Origin: an uncultured Tissierellia bacterium
GTDB taxonomy: Bacteria > Bacillota > Clostridia > Tissierellales > Peptoniphilaceae
Length of the DNA stretch: 64,000 nucleotides
Direction of reading: 5' to 3'
Assembly: GCA_902488465.1 (NCBI GenBank)
Contig: CABTWE010000004.1
Span: 10,654 to 74,653 of the forward strand
Below the pieces are notes generated by a model, which had not been told where the DNA came from, searched no databases, and saw only the letters and a list, made by a program, of their open reading frames with translations. Position 1 is the stretch's first letter, and each line of letters starts with the position of its first letter. This document shows, one piece after another, positions 9,354 through 19,258 of the stretch. The position numbers and the translations under genes were made by a program.

Positions 9354-10029
9354 GGATATAAGAACGCTTGCTCTGATTGGTGAAGAAGCATTCGAAAAAC
9401 TTAACTCATGCCGAGTATCAATTGTCGGTTTGGGCGGAGTTGGAGGAATTGCTTCAGAAATGCTTGTAAGAGCAGGCGTTTCTCATCTAAAACTAATAGA
9501 CTTCGACGTGTTTGATGCGTCTAACAGAAATCGTCAATTGGGTGCCCTAATAAGCACGGAAGGCAGAAAAAAGGTTGATGTATTTAAGGAAAGATTTTTA
9601 GATATCGACGAGGACGCGGAGATAGAAACTATTTCAGAACCATTAACAAATGAGAATGTTGAAGAATTATTAAAGAGTTCGGACTATATTATAGATATGT
9701 GCGACGATGTTGATGCGAAGTGTGCAATAATAAAATATTCCGTAGATAATAAAATTCCTTTTATGTCAGCGATGGGTGCCGGAAATAGAACAGACATTTC
9801 AAAATTATTTATAAAAAAACTTTCGAAAACAAGTTATTGCCCACTTGCAAAAAAATTGAGACAAAATCTTCATAAGAGATATCAAGATAAAACTAAAGTT
9901 GCATATTATGAGGGCGAGACAGTTTCGGTTGATAAAAACCTTGGATTTGTTGGCACAATAAGTTATTCTCCAAATTTTATGGGTATAAAAATAGTGTCGG
10001 AAGTTATTAATGACATTATTAAGAGGTGA
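9340..10029 (+). CDS. tcdA: tRNA threonylcarbamoyladenosine dehydratase (ThiF family)
   Basis: GLGGVG, SNRNRQ, SAMGAG, CPLAKKLR; follows aspS as in other Firmicutes. Confidence 0.8.
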   Translation: MKKTKDIRTLALIGEEAFEKLNSCRVSIVGLGGVGGIASEMLVRAGVSHLKLIDFDVFDASNRNRQLGALISTEGRKKVDVFKERFLDIDEDAEIETISEPLTNENVEELLKSSDYIIDMCDDVDAKCAIIKYSVDNKIPFMSAMGAGNRTDISKLFIKKLSKTSYCPLAKKLRQNLHKRYQDKTKVAYYEGETVSVDKNLGFVGTISYSPNFMGIKIVSEVINDIIKR

Positions 10030-10033
10030 TTAT

Positions 10034-10435
10034 ATGGATTTACTTGGTATTATTTCCAAAATAGATGGAGATGAGGCCGAAGTTCAAATTAAAAGAGTTT
10101 CGGGTTGCGGAGGAAACTGCGAACATTGCGGTGGAAGCTGTGAGAGTGCTTTTCACGGTTTGAAAGTAAAAAACACAATTGATGCAAAGATTGGGGAGAC
10201 TGTGAAAATTGAATTTAAAGAAAGCGAATCAATGAAAGCAAGTTTGATAATTTATCTGATTCCGCTTGCCGGATTTTTGATTGGATTACTGGGAGCTTTT
10301 TTAATGAATATGAGCGAGATGAACGCACTTTTAGCTGCTGTCATCGGACTTCTTATCGGTTTTTTTGTAATTCATTTGAGTGACAAAAGATACAAGAAAA
10401 ATAATATACTTGCGACAATTAAAAAATTTAATTGA
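10034..10435 (+). CDS. rseC: RseC/MucC family membrane protein
   Basis: Cys cluster GCGGNCEHCGGSC, AKIGETV, IYLIPL, two TM helices; start moved to ATG 10034 after a GAGGTG SD. Confidence 0.82.
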   Translation: MDLLGIISKIDGDEAEVQIKRVSGCGGNCEHCGGSCESAFHGLKVKNTIDAKIGETVKIEFKESESMKASLIIYLIPLAGFLIGLLGAFLMNMSEMNALLAAVIGLLIGFFVIHLSDKRYKKNNILATIKKFN

Positions 10436-10453
10436 TTAAACATATAAATCAGG

Positions 10454-10514
10454 TTGTATAAACCGGACTTTAGTGTTATAATTAGAGGTAGGGTTATAGG
10501 ATTTTCTTATAACT
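10454..10514 (+). promoter_or_regulatory. SigA promoter of glyA with a 5' hairpin/dyad
   Basis: TTGTAT-17-TATAAT with TG; GTTATAGG/CTTATAAC inverted repeat at 10493-10513. Confidence 0.65.
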
Positions 10515-10536
10515 GAAGCAAAAAGGAGGTATTATT

Positions 10537-11769
10537 TTGGATTTTACAAACCTAAAAAACTCAGATCCGGACATTTATAATGTCGTCATGGAAGAAAAGG
10601 AACGTCAACAATCACATATCGAACTTATTGCAAGTGAAAACTTCGTTACAGAAGCTGTAATGGAAGCAATGGGAAGCTATCTAACAAATAAGTACGCTGA
10701 AGGATATCCTGGAAAGAGATATTATGGCGGCTGTTCAGTCGTAGACGTGGCTGAAAATATCGCAAGAGATAGACTTTGTAAATTGTTCGGTGCTGATCAC
10801 GCAAACGTTCAACCGCACTCAGGTGCAAACGCAAATATCGGAGTATATTTCTCATTCTTAAAACCTGGAGACAAAGTTTTGGGTATGAATTTATCAGAAG
10901 GCGGACACTTGACTCACGGTTCTTCTGTAAACATTTCAGGAACATATTTTGATTTCGCAGCTTATGGTGTAAGCAAAGAAACTGAAACAATTGATTATGA
11001 TGAAGTAATGGCAATTGCAAAGAAAGAACAACCAAAGCTTATCGTTGCAGGTGCAAGTGCATATCCAAGAATTATTGATTTCAAAAAATTCAGAGAAATT
11101 GCTGATGCTTGTGGAGCAAGACTCATGGTTGACATGGCTCACATCGCAGGACTTGTTGCAACAGGTCTTCACCCATCACCGGTTCCATATGCAGATTATG
11201 TAACAACTACAACACATAAGACACTTCGCGGACCAAGAGGTGGTGCAATTCTTACAAAAGAAGAATACGCAAAAGCTATAGACAAGGCAATTTTCCCAGG
11301 AACACAAGGCGGACCTTTGATGCACGTTATCGCAGCTAAAGCTGTTGCATTTGGCGAAGCATTGAAACCTGAATTCAAAACATATCAAGAACAAATTTTA
11401 AAGAACGCACAAGTTCTTGCAAATACACTTCTTGAAAGAGGTTTCCGTTTAGTTTCAGGCGGTACAGATAACCACTTGATCTTAGTTGATGTTAAATCAA
11501 AAGGATTCACAGGTAAAGAAGCTGAAAAGATGCTTGATGAAGTTGGAATCACTGCAAATAAAAACACTATTCCAAACGAAACGGAATCTCCATTTGTTAC
11601 AAGCGGTATCCGTTTAGGAACTCCTGCAATGACAACAAGAGGATTCAAAGAAGAAGATATGAAGGAAGTTGGAAACATTATTGCTGACACACTCGTTGAA
11701 GGACATGATGTTGATAAACTTAAAGCAAGAGTAAAAGCTCTTTGCGACGCACATATTTTATATAAATAA
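10537..11769 (+). CDS. glyA: Serine hydroxymethyltransferase
   Basis: [38 protein letters not shown] start after AAAGGAGG. Confidence 0.98.
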   Translation: MDFTNLKNSDPDIYNVVMEEKERQQSHIELIASENFVTEAVMEAMGSYLTNKYAEGYPGKRYYGGCSVVDVAENIARDRLCKLFGADHANVQPHSGANANIGVYFSFLKPGDKVLGMNLSEGGHLTHGSSVNISGTYFDFAAYGVSKETETIDYDEVMAIAKKEQPKLIVAGASAYPRIIDFKKFREIADACGARLMVDMAHIAGLVATGLHPSPVPYADYVTTTTHKTLRGPRGGAILTKEEYAKAIDKAIFPGTQGGPLMHVIAAKAVAFGEALKPEFKTYQEQILKNAQVLANTLLERGFRLVSGGTDNHLILVDVKSKGFTGKEAEKMLDEVGITANKNTIPNETESPFVTSGIRLGTPAMTTRGFKEEDMKEVGNIIADTLVEGHDVDKLKARVKALCDAHILYK

Positions 11770-11770
11770 T

Positions 11771-11799
11771 AAAAATGGGGATTATATCCCCATTTTTTT
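11771..11799 (+). terminator. Intrinsic terminator
   Basis: AAAAATGGGGAT/ATCCCCATTTTT followed by a T tract. Confidence 0.88.
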
Positions 11800-11867
11800 G
11801 TACATAGATGCATAAAGACGTTTATATTTGAGATAGTTTATGATATAATAAAAGTGGAGGAGTTTAT

Positions 11868-13184
11868 ATGCGAGATAAAATAGTTACTTTAGTTGGACGA
11901 CCGAATGTCGGCAAATCCACTTTATTTAATAGAATTACAAATAATCGTTCCTCAATAACCGAGGACACTCCTGGCGTTACGAGAGATAGATTATATGCAA
12001 GAGCAGAATGGCTCGGAAAACCATTTCTTCTTGTAGATACCGGCGGACTTGATCCGCAAAGTGACGACGACTTTATGCCGGAGATTATTGAACAAGCGGA
12101 AGTGGCTATTGAGTCTTCAGTAGCTGTTATTTTCATTGTCGATGGAGTATCAGGGCTCACATCGACTGATAAAACAATACTTTCAATGCTTAGAAGAATG
12201 AATTCGAATATTGTTTTGGCGATAAATAAATTTGATAGCAAAGAATCACAAGATAATTTCTATGATTTTTATGAACTTGGTATAAATGAAATGGTTCAAA
12301 TTTCAGCTGAACATGGAACCGGTGTCGGAGATTTGCTTGATGAAGTTTTTAAATTTTTCCCACAAGACGAAGAAATCGAAGAAAATCCGGATGAAATAAA
12401 AGTTGCACTTATAGGTAAACCAAATGTTGGAAAGAGTTCACTTCTAAACAATATTTTGGGTGAAAAAAGAGCAATAGTAACAAATATTCCGGGGACAACA
12501 AGAGATTCAATCGACACATTTGTTGAAATAGGGGGCAGAGATTTCAGACTTATTGACACAGCCGGTCTTCGCAAAAAATCAAAAATTACGGAAGCTGTTG
12601 AAAGATTTTCTGCTATAAGAACACTTTCCGCAATTGATGAAAGCGATATATGTGTACTTGTAATTGATGCGGTTGAAGGACCTACGGAACAGGATACAAA
12701 AGTTATGGGATACGCCTTTGAGAATAGAAAAGGCGTGGTTATTGCTATAAACAAATGGGATCTTGTTGAAAAGGACAGCTTTACTCAAAGGGACTATGTA
12801 AAGGAAATAAGAAATAAGATACAATATGTGCCATTTGCACCTATTGTGTTTATCTCCGCTAAGACCGGTCAGAGGGTAGACACTCTTATAGACACAGTTG
12901 TAAAGGTTTATGACAACTATAACAAGAGAATTCCTACGGGAGTATTGAACAAGATTGTTTCAGACGCAATACTTCTTAATGTAACTCCACAGGACAAGGG
13001 TAGAAGACTCAAAATTTATTATGGTTCACAAGTTAGCGCTGCACCACCGGTTGTAATTTTTTATGTTAATGATACGAAACTTACTCACTTTTCGTACACG
13101 AGATATTTGGAAAATTCCATAAGAAAAAATTATGATTTTGAGGGAGTACCTATTTCGATAGTTTATAAAAACAGGGGAGAATAA
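11868..13184 (+). CDS. der: Ribosome biogenesis GTPase Der (EngA)
   Basis: Two GTPase domains GRPNVGKS and GKPNVGKS, plus KH-like C-terminus. Confidence 0.97.
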   Translation: MRDKIVTLVGRPNVGKSTLFNRITNNRSSITEDTPGVTRDRLYARAEWLGKPFLLVDTGGLDPQSDDDFMPEIIEQAEVAIESSVAVIFIVDGVSGLTSTDKTILSMLRRMNSNIVLAINKFDSKESQDNFYDFYELGINEMVQISAEHGTGVGDLLDEVFKFFPQDEEIEENPDEIKVALIGKPNVGKSSLLNNILGEKRAIVTNIPGTTRDSIDTFVEIGGRDFRLIDTAGLRKKSKITEAVERFSAIRTLSAIDESDICVLVIDAVEGPTEQDTKVMGYAFENRKGVVIAINKWDLVEKDSFTQRDYVKEIRNKIQYVPFAPIVFISAKTGQRVDTLIDTVVKVYDNYNKRIPTGVLNKIVSDAILLNVTPQDKGRRLKIYYGSQVSAAPPVVIFYVNDTKLTHFSYTRYLENSIRKNYDFEGVPISIVYKNRGE

Positions 13185-13771
13185 TGAATTATCTTTATTA
13201 TCTTCTTGCATATATCATTGGCAGCATCAGCTTTTCTTATCTTTTAGTTAAGATTTTTAAAAATGAGGATGTAAGAAATAAGGGAAGTAAAAATGCCGGA
13301 GGAACAAATGTAATAAGGATTTATGGATGGAAACTTGGACTTCCGGTTGCAATTTTGGATATTTTTAAAGGTGTATTTGTAACATTTATTTTTAAGAAAT
13401 ACGATTTGGGATATCCGGTTGTAGCACTATTTTTTGCTGTGCTTGGACATTGCTATCCGATTTTTATGAAATTCAAAGGCGGCAAGGGAATTGCAACAAC
13501 GGCAGGAGGTTTTACATTTTTATTTATAAACATTTTTCCGTTTGGATTGGCTGTTTTTGCCGGACTTGCGGTTCTTACAGGATATGTATCAGTTGCAAGT
13601 ATATTTATGGTTTTCACAAGTGGGATCTTGATAATTTACACTTATGCTTTAGATAAGATAGAGATTGTTGCGATTGCAGGGATTATTCTTCTTGCAATAA
13701 TAAGACACAACTCAAATATAAAAAGATTAATCCGAAGAGAGGAAAATCAATTTCGGATTGGAGGGAAATAA
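13184..13771 (+). CDS. plsY: Glycerol-3-phosphate acyltransferase PlsY
   Basis: GSKNAGGTN, FKGGKGIAT, RHNSNIKR. Confidence 0.95.
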   Translation: MNYLYYLLAYIIGSISFSYLLVKIFKNEDVRNKGSKNAGGTNVIRIYGWKLGLPVAILDIFKGVFVTFIFKKYDLGYPVVALFFAVLGHCYPIFMKFKGGKGIATTAGGFTFLFINIFPFGLAVFAGLAVLTGYVSVASIFMVFTSGILIIYTYALDKIEIVAIAGIILLAIIRHNSNIKRLIRREENQFRIGGK

Positions 13772-14775
13772 TGAAAACGTGTATAGTTGGCGGAGGGAGT
13801 TGGGGTATTGCTCTTGCAAGTGTACTCTCAACTAATGGCCGAGATGTCACACTTTATATGAGAAGCTCAGAACAAAAAGAATATATTTTAAAAAATAAAA
13901 GAAGTCCAAAATATTTGAAGGATTTTATTTTTCCAGATAATATTAATCTTACAGATGATTTAAGATCTCTAGATGGATGTGATCTTGCGGTTATAGCAAC
14001 TCCTTTTCAGAAAATGGAGGAGATTTTAATTGAGATAAAACCTCATTTATCACAAAAAACAATAATTTTAAATGTTTCAAAAGGACTTAATATTGAAAAC
14101 TGTGAAACGGGAGAATATTTTGCAAATAAAATCTGTCCGGATAATAAGTATGCAGTTTTGAGTGGACCGTCACACGCTGAAGAAGTTTCAAAAAAAATGA
14201 TTACAACTGTAGTTATATGCTCAAAAGATATTGAAGTTGCAAAGAGTCTTCAAGATTTATTTATGAATGAATATTTCAGAGTTTATATTCATACCGATGT
14301 TTCGGGAGTTGAAGTTGCGGGTGCATTAAAAAATGTAATTGCGATAGGTTCCGGTATATTAAAGGGTATAAATGAAGGGGACAATGCAAGAGCAGCTTTA
14401 ATTACAAGAGGGCTTTTTGAAATTGCACGACTCGGTAAAAAGTTGAACTGCAATATGATGACATTTATGGGTCTTGCAGGAATGGGCGACCTCATAGTTA
14501 CTGCAACTTCAGTGCACTCAAGAAACTTCAGAGCGGGAGTTTTAATTGGAAAAGGTGTTCCGGTTGAAAGGCTTGAAGATGAGGTTGGAGAAACAGTTGA
14601 AGGTCTTAAGACTGTAAAGGCTGCACATATTCTTTCCCAAAAATATAACATCGAGATGCCTATAACGGAAGCTATATATAAGGGTATTTATGAAAATAAA
14701 GATCCACATAAAGCGATACTCGAACTTATGACAAGAAGTAAGAAACACGAATTTTTAGAGGAGATGGTATTATAG
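13771..14775 (+). CDS. gpsA: NAD(P)H-dependent glycerol-3-phosphate dehydrogenase
   Basis: GGGSWG, SKG, SGPSHAEEV, GALKNVIA, GDL..T..SRN. Confidence 0.96.
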   Translation: MKTCIVGGGSWGIALASVLSTNGRDVTLYMRSSEQKEYILKNKRSPKYLKDFIFPDNINLTDDLRSLDGCDLAVIATPFQKMEEILIEIKPHLSQKTIILNVSKGLNIENCETGEYFANKICPDNKYAVLSGPSHAEEVSKKMITTVVICSKDIEVAKSLQDLFMNEYFRVYIHTDVSGVEVAGALKNVIAIGSGILKGINEGDNARAALITRGLFEIARLGKKLNCNMMTFMGLAGMGDLIVTATSVHSRNFRAGVLIGKGVPVERLEDEVGETVEGLKTVKAAHILSQKYNIEMPITEAIYKGIYENKDPHKAILELMTRSKKHEFLEEMVL

Positions 14776-15968
14776 TGAGCGAAAAAACGGTGGATAAAAA
14801 AAGTAGATTCACAAGTTGGATTGTAATATTTTCGCTTATTTACATTATATTTCTTGAAATTGTTGTTAAACCAAAAATAATGGCTGTTGGCGGAAAATTT
14901 GTCACACCTGTTGAAACAACTTATTATGATGGCATTGAAACGGAGTTTGTACTTTTGAAAGATGAAACGCCTTTCAACGCCGCCAGCGTAAATGAACCTA
15001 TGCATTATGATGAAGGCACGCGTCTTGGATTTGGTGAAATAAAGGCGGGAAAAACAACTTCAAATGAATATGCACAACTCTCAAAAAGACTACAAGATAT
15101 AAATGATAGAATATCAATTTATAAAAATCAAATTAACGACATAGACAAAGAATTAAGACGCTCGATTATAAATGGGAATTACAGTCTAGCGGTTGATCTT
15201 GTCGGAAGTTTCTCATATCAAAATAATGAGAGTGTGGGGCAAATAAATGTTGAGGACCTTGAAAAGGAAAAAGCGAATATAACAAATCAAATAAATCACA
15301 TGGCGGGCGAAATTATTTGGAATCCGCCGGGAATTATAAGTTATACGTTGGACGGTTTTGAGGATTTGAAAAATGAAAGTTTGTACTTAACTTCAAGGGA
15401 TGAGTTCAAATCTATATTAAATAGACCGGTTGTGAAGAGTTATTCAAGAGACTTTAAAATCATTGATAATTTTAAAGCTACGGCAATGTTTTACGCTCCG
15501 AATAACGGAAGACTTAAAGAACTCGATGGCAAGTATGTTACTTACAGCATCGACAACTTTAATACATTTGGAAAAGGCATCGCATTGGTGCCGGCTGATT
15601 ATGACAAAGAGGGCGTTGCGGGTATTTTTATAAACAGTCACATCGAAGACATATATCAAATGAGAAAAGGTAAGATTAATGTCATTTTCAATTCTGTCAA
15701 AGCTCTTATAATTCCAACCGGAAGTCTAATAAAAAAAGATGGCGTTGTTGGAGTTTTAGCAAGAGATGTAAATGGGATAATTCAGTTTAGACCGGTCACA
15801 CTTTTAAAACGAGAAGCGGAAAAAAGTTATGTTTCCCAAGGGAATGAAAAGGGAATGATAAATGTAAATGGTGAGAATGTACTCACTTTACAATATTATG
15901 AAGACGTGGTTTTAAGACCTGACGCGGATATGATAGGTCAAATTTTTATAAGAAATGAATTTAAATAG
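14775..15968 (+). CDS. Single-TM protein with coiled coil, HlyD/membrane-fusion-like
   Basis: N-terminal TM, coiled coil, PPGIISYTLDGFE and C-terminal LIIPTGSL..DGVVGV pattern; usual position before yggS in Clostridia. Confidence 0.6.
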   Translation: MSEKTVDKKSRFTSWIVIFSLIYIIFLEIVVKPKIMAVGGKFVTPVETTYYDGIETEFVLLKDETPFNAASVNEPMHYDEGTRLGFGEIKAGKTTSNEYAQLSKRLQDINDRISIYKNQINDIDKELRRSIINGNYSLAVDLVGSFSYQNNESVGQINVEDLEKEKANITNQINHMAGEIIWNPPGIISYTLDGFEDLKNESLYLTSRDEFKSILNRPVVKSYSRDFKIIDNFKATAMFYAPNNGRLKELDGKYVTYSIDNFNTFGKGIALVPADYDKEGVAGIFINSHIEDIYQMRKGKINVIFNSVKALIIPTGSLIKKDGVVGVLARDVNGIIQFRPVTLLKREAEKSYVSQGNEKGMINVNGENVLTLQYYEDVVLRPDADMIGQIFIRNEFK

Positions 15969-15986
15969 TGCTTTGGAGGTGGTTAT

Positions 15987-16670
15987 TTGACAATAAAGGA
16001 CAATGTTAACGAAGTTAGAGAAAACATAGCAAAAGCCGCTTTAAGAGTCGGAAGAAATCCCGAAGATGTAACCCTTTGCGCAGTAAGTAAATATATTGAT
16101 GTACCAAGGATTAAAGAAGCGCTAGAAGCAGGCGTAACTGTTCTTGGGGAAAATAAGGTACAGGAACTTGTTGATAAGCTTCCGCAATTTTCTGAAGATG
16201 TAAATTTTCATATGATTGGACAATTGCAAACAAATAAAGTAAAATATATAATAGATAAAGTTAAACTTATTCATTCGCTTGACAGGATGAGTTTGTTAAA
16301 AACTTTGGACAAGGAAGCGAAGAAAAAGAATATAATTTCAGATACATTAATTCAAGTGAATTTGACCTCGGACCCGAATCGTGGCGGTGTCTCTGTTGAA
16401 GAATTGCCTAAGTTTGTCGAAGAAGTTGGGAAATATTCATCGATAAGAGTTAGGGGTTTAATGTGCGTTGCACAGAATGTAGATGATGAAAAAATAATTC
16501 GTGAAGATTTTAAACGAATGAGACTAGAATTTGAGCGTTTAAAGTTGTATAATATATATAATGTTTCTGGCGAGATTCTTTCTATGGGTATGAGTCATGA
16601 TTATGAAATAGCTGTAGAAGAAGGTGCTACGCTTGTTAGAGTGGGTACCAGAATTTTTGGAAAGAGATAA
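15987..16670 (+). CDS. yggS: PLP homeostasis protein YggS
   Basis: AVSK, GENKVQE, HMIGQLQTNK, SMGMSHDY, RVGTRIFG. Confidence 0.96.
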   Translation: MTIKDNVNEVRENIAKAALRVGRNPEDVTLCAVSKYIDVPRIKEALEAGVTVLGENKVQELVDKLPQFSEDVNFHMIGQLQTNKVKYIIDKVKLIHSLDRMSLLKTLDKEAKKKNIISDTLIQVNLTSDPNRGGVSVEELPKFVEEVGKYSSIRVRGLMCVAQNVDDEKIIREDFKRMRLEFERLKLYNIYNVSGEILSMGMSHDYEIAVEEGATLVRVGTRIFGKR

Positions 16671-16679
16671 GGAGGAACT

Positions 16680-17141
16680 ATGAGCATTTTAGATAAGATG
16701 AAGAATTTAATCATCGCTCCGGATACGGATGAAGAATACGAAGAAGAATATGTAGAAGCTGAAAAACCGGTTGTTGAAAAGAAAGTTTTTACAACAACAC
16801 AAACACCGGCTACAAGACCAAGCGTGACAACTCAAAGAGCTGCTGTTTCAACAAGAACAGGGGCACTACCTTTTAAGATTCAAATTCAAGACCCACTCAA
16901 ATATGACGATGCACCAAAGATTATCGATAAATTGATTTTAAATGATGCAGTTGTGGTTAATTTTGAGCACTTAGAACCTGAACTAAAAAGACAAGTTTTT
17001 GATTTTATCAATGGCGGAATTTATGCAATCGAAGGCAGAATTCAAAAAGTTACACAAGACATTTTTATTCTTGCACCAAAGGATGTAGCTATTGAAGGTA
17101 TAAAAGAAGAAATTCTTGAAAGTGGCTTGTATTCTTGGTAG
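16680..17141 (+). CDS. sepF: Cell division protein SepF
   Basis: C-terminal VVVNF..DFINGGIYAIEG...IFILAP; follows yggS. Confidence 0.92.
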   Translation: MSILDKMKNLIIAPDTDEEYEEEYVEAEKPVVEKKVFTTTQTPATRPSVTTQRAAVSTRTGALPFKIQIQDPLKYDDAPKIIDKLILNDAVVVNFEHLEPELKRQVFDFINGGIYAIEGRIQKVTQDIFILAPKDVAIEGIKEEILESGLYSW

Positions 17142-17911
17142 AAGAGTTATCCTTTCTAAACAAGGAAGAAGTGTCTTTTTATAAGATGCTCGAGGAAAAG
17201 GTTCTTATATCAAATCGAAGAAATTCATATGAAGAGACAGATTTTTTAGATCCATTTTGGCAAAAGATGTTGATTTCTATTGCCAACAAATATGATGGGG
17301 TGTCTGTTTCTTTTTTCGGTGCTTTCAATAATGCGGAAAGATGTGTAGGTGTTATTTATAACGACTATTTGCCGGTGCCAATAGAAGACGAGTACATGAG
17401 TGTGCTTGCTTTTGATTCTAAGTTTGACGATGTCAAGCACAAAGATGTATTGGGGAAGCTTATGAACATGGGAATTGAAAGAGAAACGGTTGGAGATATT
17501 ATATTTTATAAAGATGCTTGCTTTTTTAGTGTGAAGAAGTCCGTTGAATCATTTTTGTTATCTCAGTTTCAAGATATAAGGAGACACAGCGTGAGCCTTT
17601 ATAGCGTTGACGGCGAAGGACTAAAGGTTGTTGAATCTGAAAAAACGACAGAGGTTATTATCGCTGCATCTTTACGTGCGGATTTACTTGTTGCAAAAAT
17701 TTATAATATTAAAAGAAATATAGCTACATCTATGATATCAAAAGGTTTAATGAAGCTTGACTATAGAGTTTTTACAAGAGGGGACAGGCAAGTCGAACTT
17801 CCGGCTCTTATTTCTCTTCGCGGATATGGCAGAGTTTATGTCGATGAAGTAGTTGGGAGGACAGGAAGTGACAACTTGAAAGTTAAATTGCGTCGGGAGG
17901 TTTACAGTTGA
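17135..17911 (+). CDS. ylmH: YlmH S4-domain RNA-binding protein
   Basis: TDFLDP, HKDVLG..MGIERETVGDI, SLRAD, ISLRGYGR. Confidence 0.88.
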   Translation: MVEELSFLNKEEVSFYKMLEEKVLISNRRNSYEETDFLDPFWQKMLISIANKYDGVSVSFFGAFNNAERCVGVIYNDYLPVPIEDEYMSVLAFDSKFDDVKHKDVLGKLMNMGIERETVGDIIFYKDACFFSVKKSVESFLLSQFQDIRRHSVSLYSVDGEGLKVVESEKTTEVIIAASLRADLLVAKIYNIKRNIATSMISKGLMKLDYRVFTRGDRQVELPALISLRGYGRVYVDEVVGRTGSDNLKVKLRREVYS

Positions 17912-18354
17912 TATACTTATTTGTTATTTTATTTGTATTATTGGATCAGGTTACTAAATTTGCGGCATCCAAGTATTTAATTCATAATTCAATAAAAATT
18001 TTTGACTGGTTTAAACTAGATTATGTTGAAAATAGAGGAGCGGCATTTGGATTTCTCGATGGGAAACAAACATTTTTTATTGTTGTAACTGTTTTTGTTC
18101 TAGTATTTTTAGCGTTTTTTATTTACAAACACTATTCTTCTCTTTCTACGCTTGAAGTTTGGGCATCTATTCTTTTGTTTTCAGGGGCTATTGGAAACCT
18201 CATTGACAGAGTTGTTCAAGGCTATGTTATTGATTTTATCTCAGTTAGAATTTTTAATGTGTATGATTTTCCGGTTTTTAACTTTGCAGATATTTATGTA
18301 ACATTTGCAGTTATTGTTTATTTATTAAGTGCTATAAGTCATGAGAGAAGTTAG
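17908..18354 (+). CDS. lspA: Lipoprotein signal peptidase
   Basis: LDQVTK, NRGAAFG, GAIGNLIDR, VIDF, FNFAD. Confidence 0.95.
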   Translation: MIYLFVILFVLLDQVTKFAASKYLIHNSIKIFDWFKLDYVENRGAAFGFLDGKQTFFIVVTVFVLVFLAFFIYKHYSSLSTLEVWASILLFSGAIGNLIDRVVQGYVIDFISVRIFNVYDFPVFNFADIYVTFAVIVYLLSAISHERS

Positions 18355-19258
18355 TTTTACCTATTTGCAAAATGATGAAAACAGAGTTGACAAATATTTT
18401 GATTTATTTGGATTTGACTCGCGTTCTGAATTTCAGTCTCTTATAAAAGACGGAAATTTTTTTGTTAATGGGAAAAAAGAAAAACAAAATTATAAGTTTA
18501 GAGAAAATGATATTGTTAAAATTATTTTTCCTGAAGAGATAAAACAAAGCACTGAAGGAATTGATGTTCCGATACTTTTTGAAAATGAAAATATTATTGT
18601 TTTAAATAAGCCACCTTTTATCGCTGTTCACGGTGCTAAAAGTTATTCCGGTCCAACACTTGTCGATTGGCTCTTGGATCGAGGTTATAAACTTAGTGAC
18701 GGGGAAGATGAAACAAGGCCTGGTGTCGTTCACAGGCTCGATGCGGACACAAGCGGAATTATAATTTTTGCAAAAAATAATGAATCTCATTCGATTTTAA
18801 AAAGGGATTTTCAGGAAAAGAATGTGTCGAAACATTATTTCGCTATTTCAAACGGAGTTTCAAAGAGTGATGAGTTTACAATTGATAAGCCGATTGCAAG
18901 AAGCAAAAATCCGGTAAAGATGGGAATTGTTGAAGGCGGAAGAAGGGCAGTTTCAATTGTAAAGAGATTAGATGGGAATGATTTTTTTATACTGTTTGAT
19001 GTAAAAATCATCACCGGAAGAACACATCAAATTCGCGTTCACCTCGCTTCGGAAAATCTTCCTATTTTAGGGGATAAAGTTTACGGAATGAAACGTGAAA
19101 GAATCAATGTATCAAGACAAATGCTTCATGCACATTCAATTGAATTTTTTGAGCCATTAACACGAGAAAAAATAAAAATTGAAGCACCTATTTTTGAAGA
19201 TATGAAAGAAGCATTAAAAAAAGCCGATTTATCTATCGATAAAACGACTAATTTATAG
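18341..19258 (+). CDS. rluD: RluA/RluD family pseudouridine synthase
   Basis: S4 domain, NKP, VHRLDADTSG, TGRTHQIRVH, QMLHA. Confidence 0.9.
   Translation: MREVSFTYLQNDENRVDKYFDLFGFDSRSEFQSLIKDGNFFVNGKKEKQNYKFRENDIVKIIFPEEIKQSTEGIDVPILFENENIIVLNKPPFIAVHGAKSYSGPTLVDWLLDRGYKLSDGEDETRPGVVHRLDADTSGIIIFAKNNESHSILKRDFQEKNVSKHYFAISNGVSKSDEFTIDKPIARSKNPVKMGIVEGGRRAVSIVKRLDGNDFFILFDVKIITGRTHQIRVHLASENLPILGDKVYGMKRERINVSRQMLHAHSIEFFEPLTREKIKIEAPIFEDMKEALKKADLSIDKTTNL

Noticed and set aside
10483..10536. ZTP, glycine or T-box riboswitch ahead of glyA
   Set aside because: The leader is only about 48 nt with one short hairpin, too small for these aptamers
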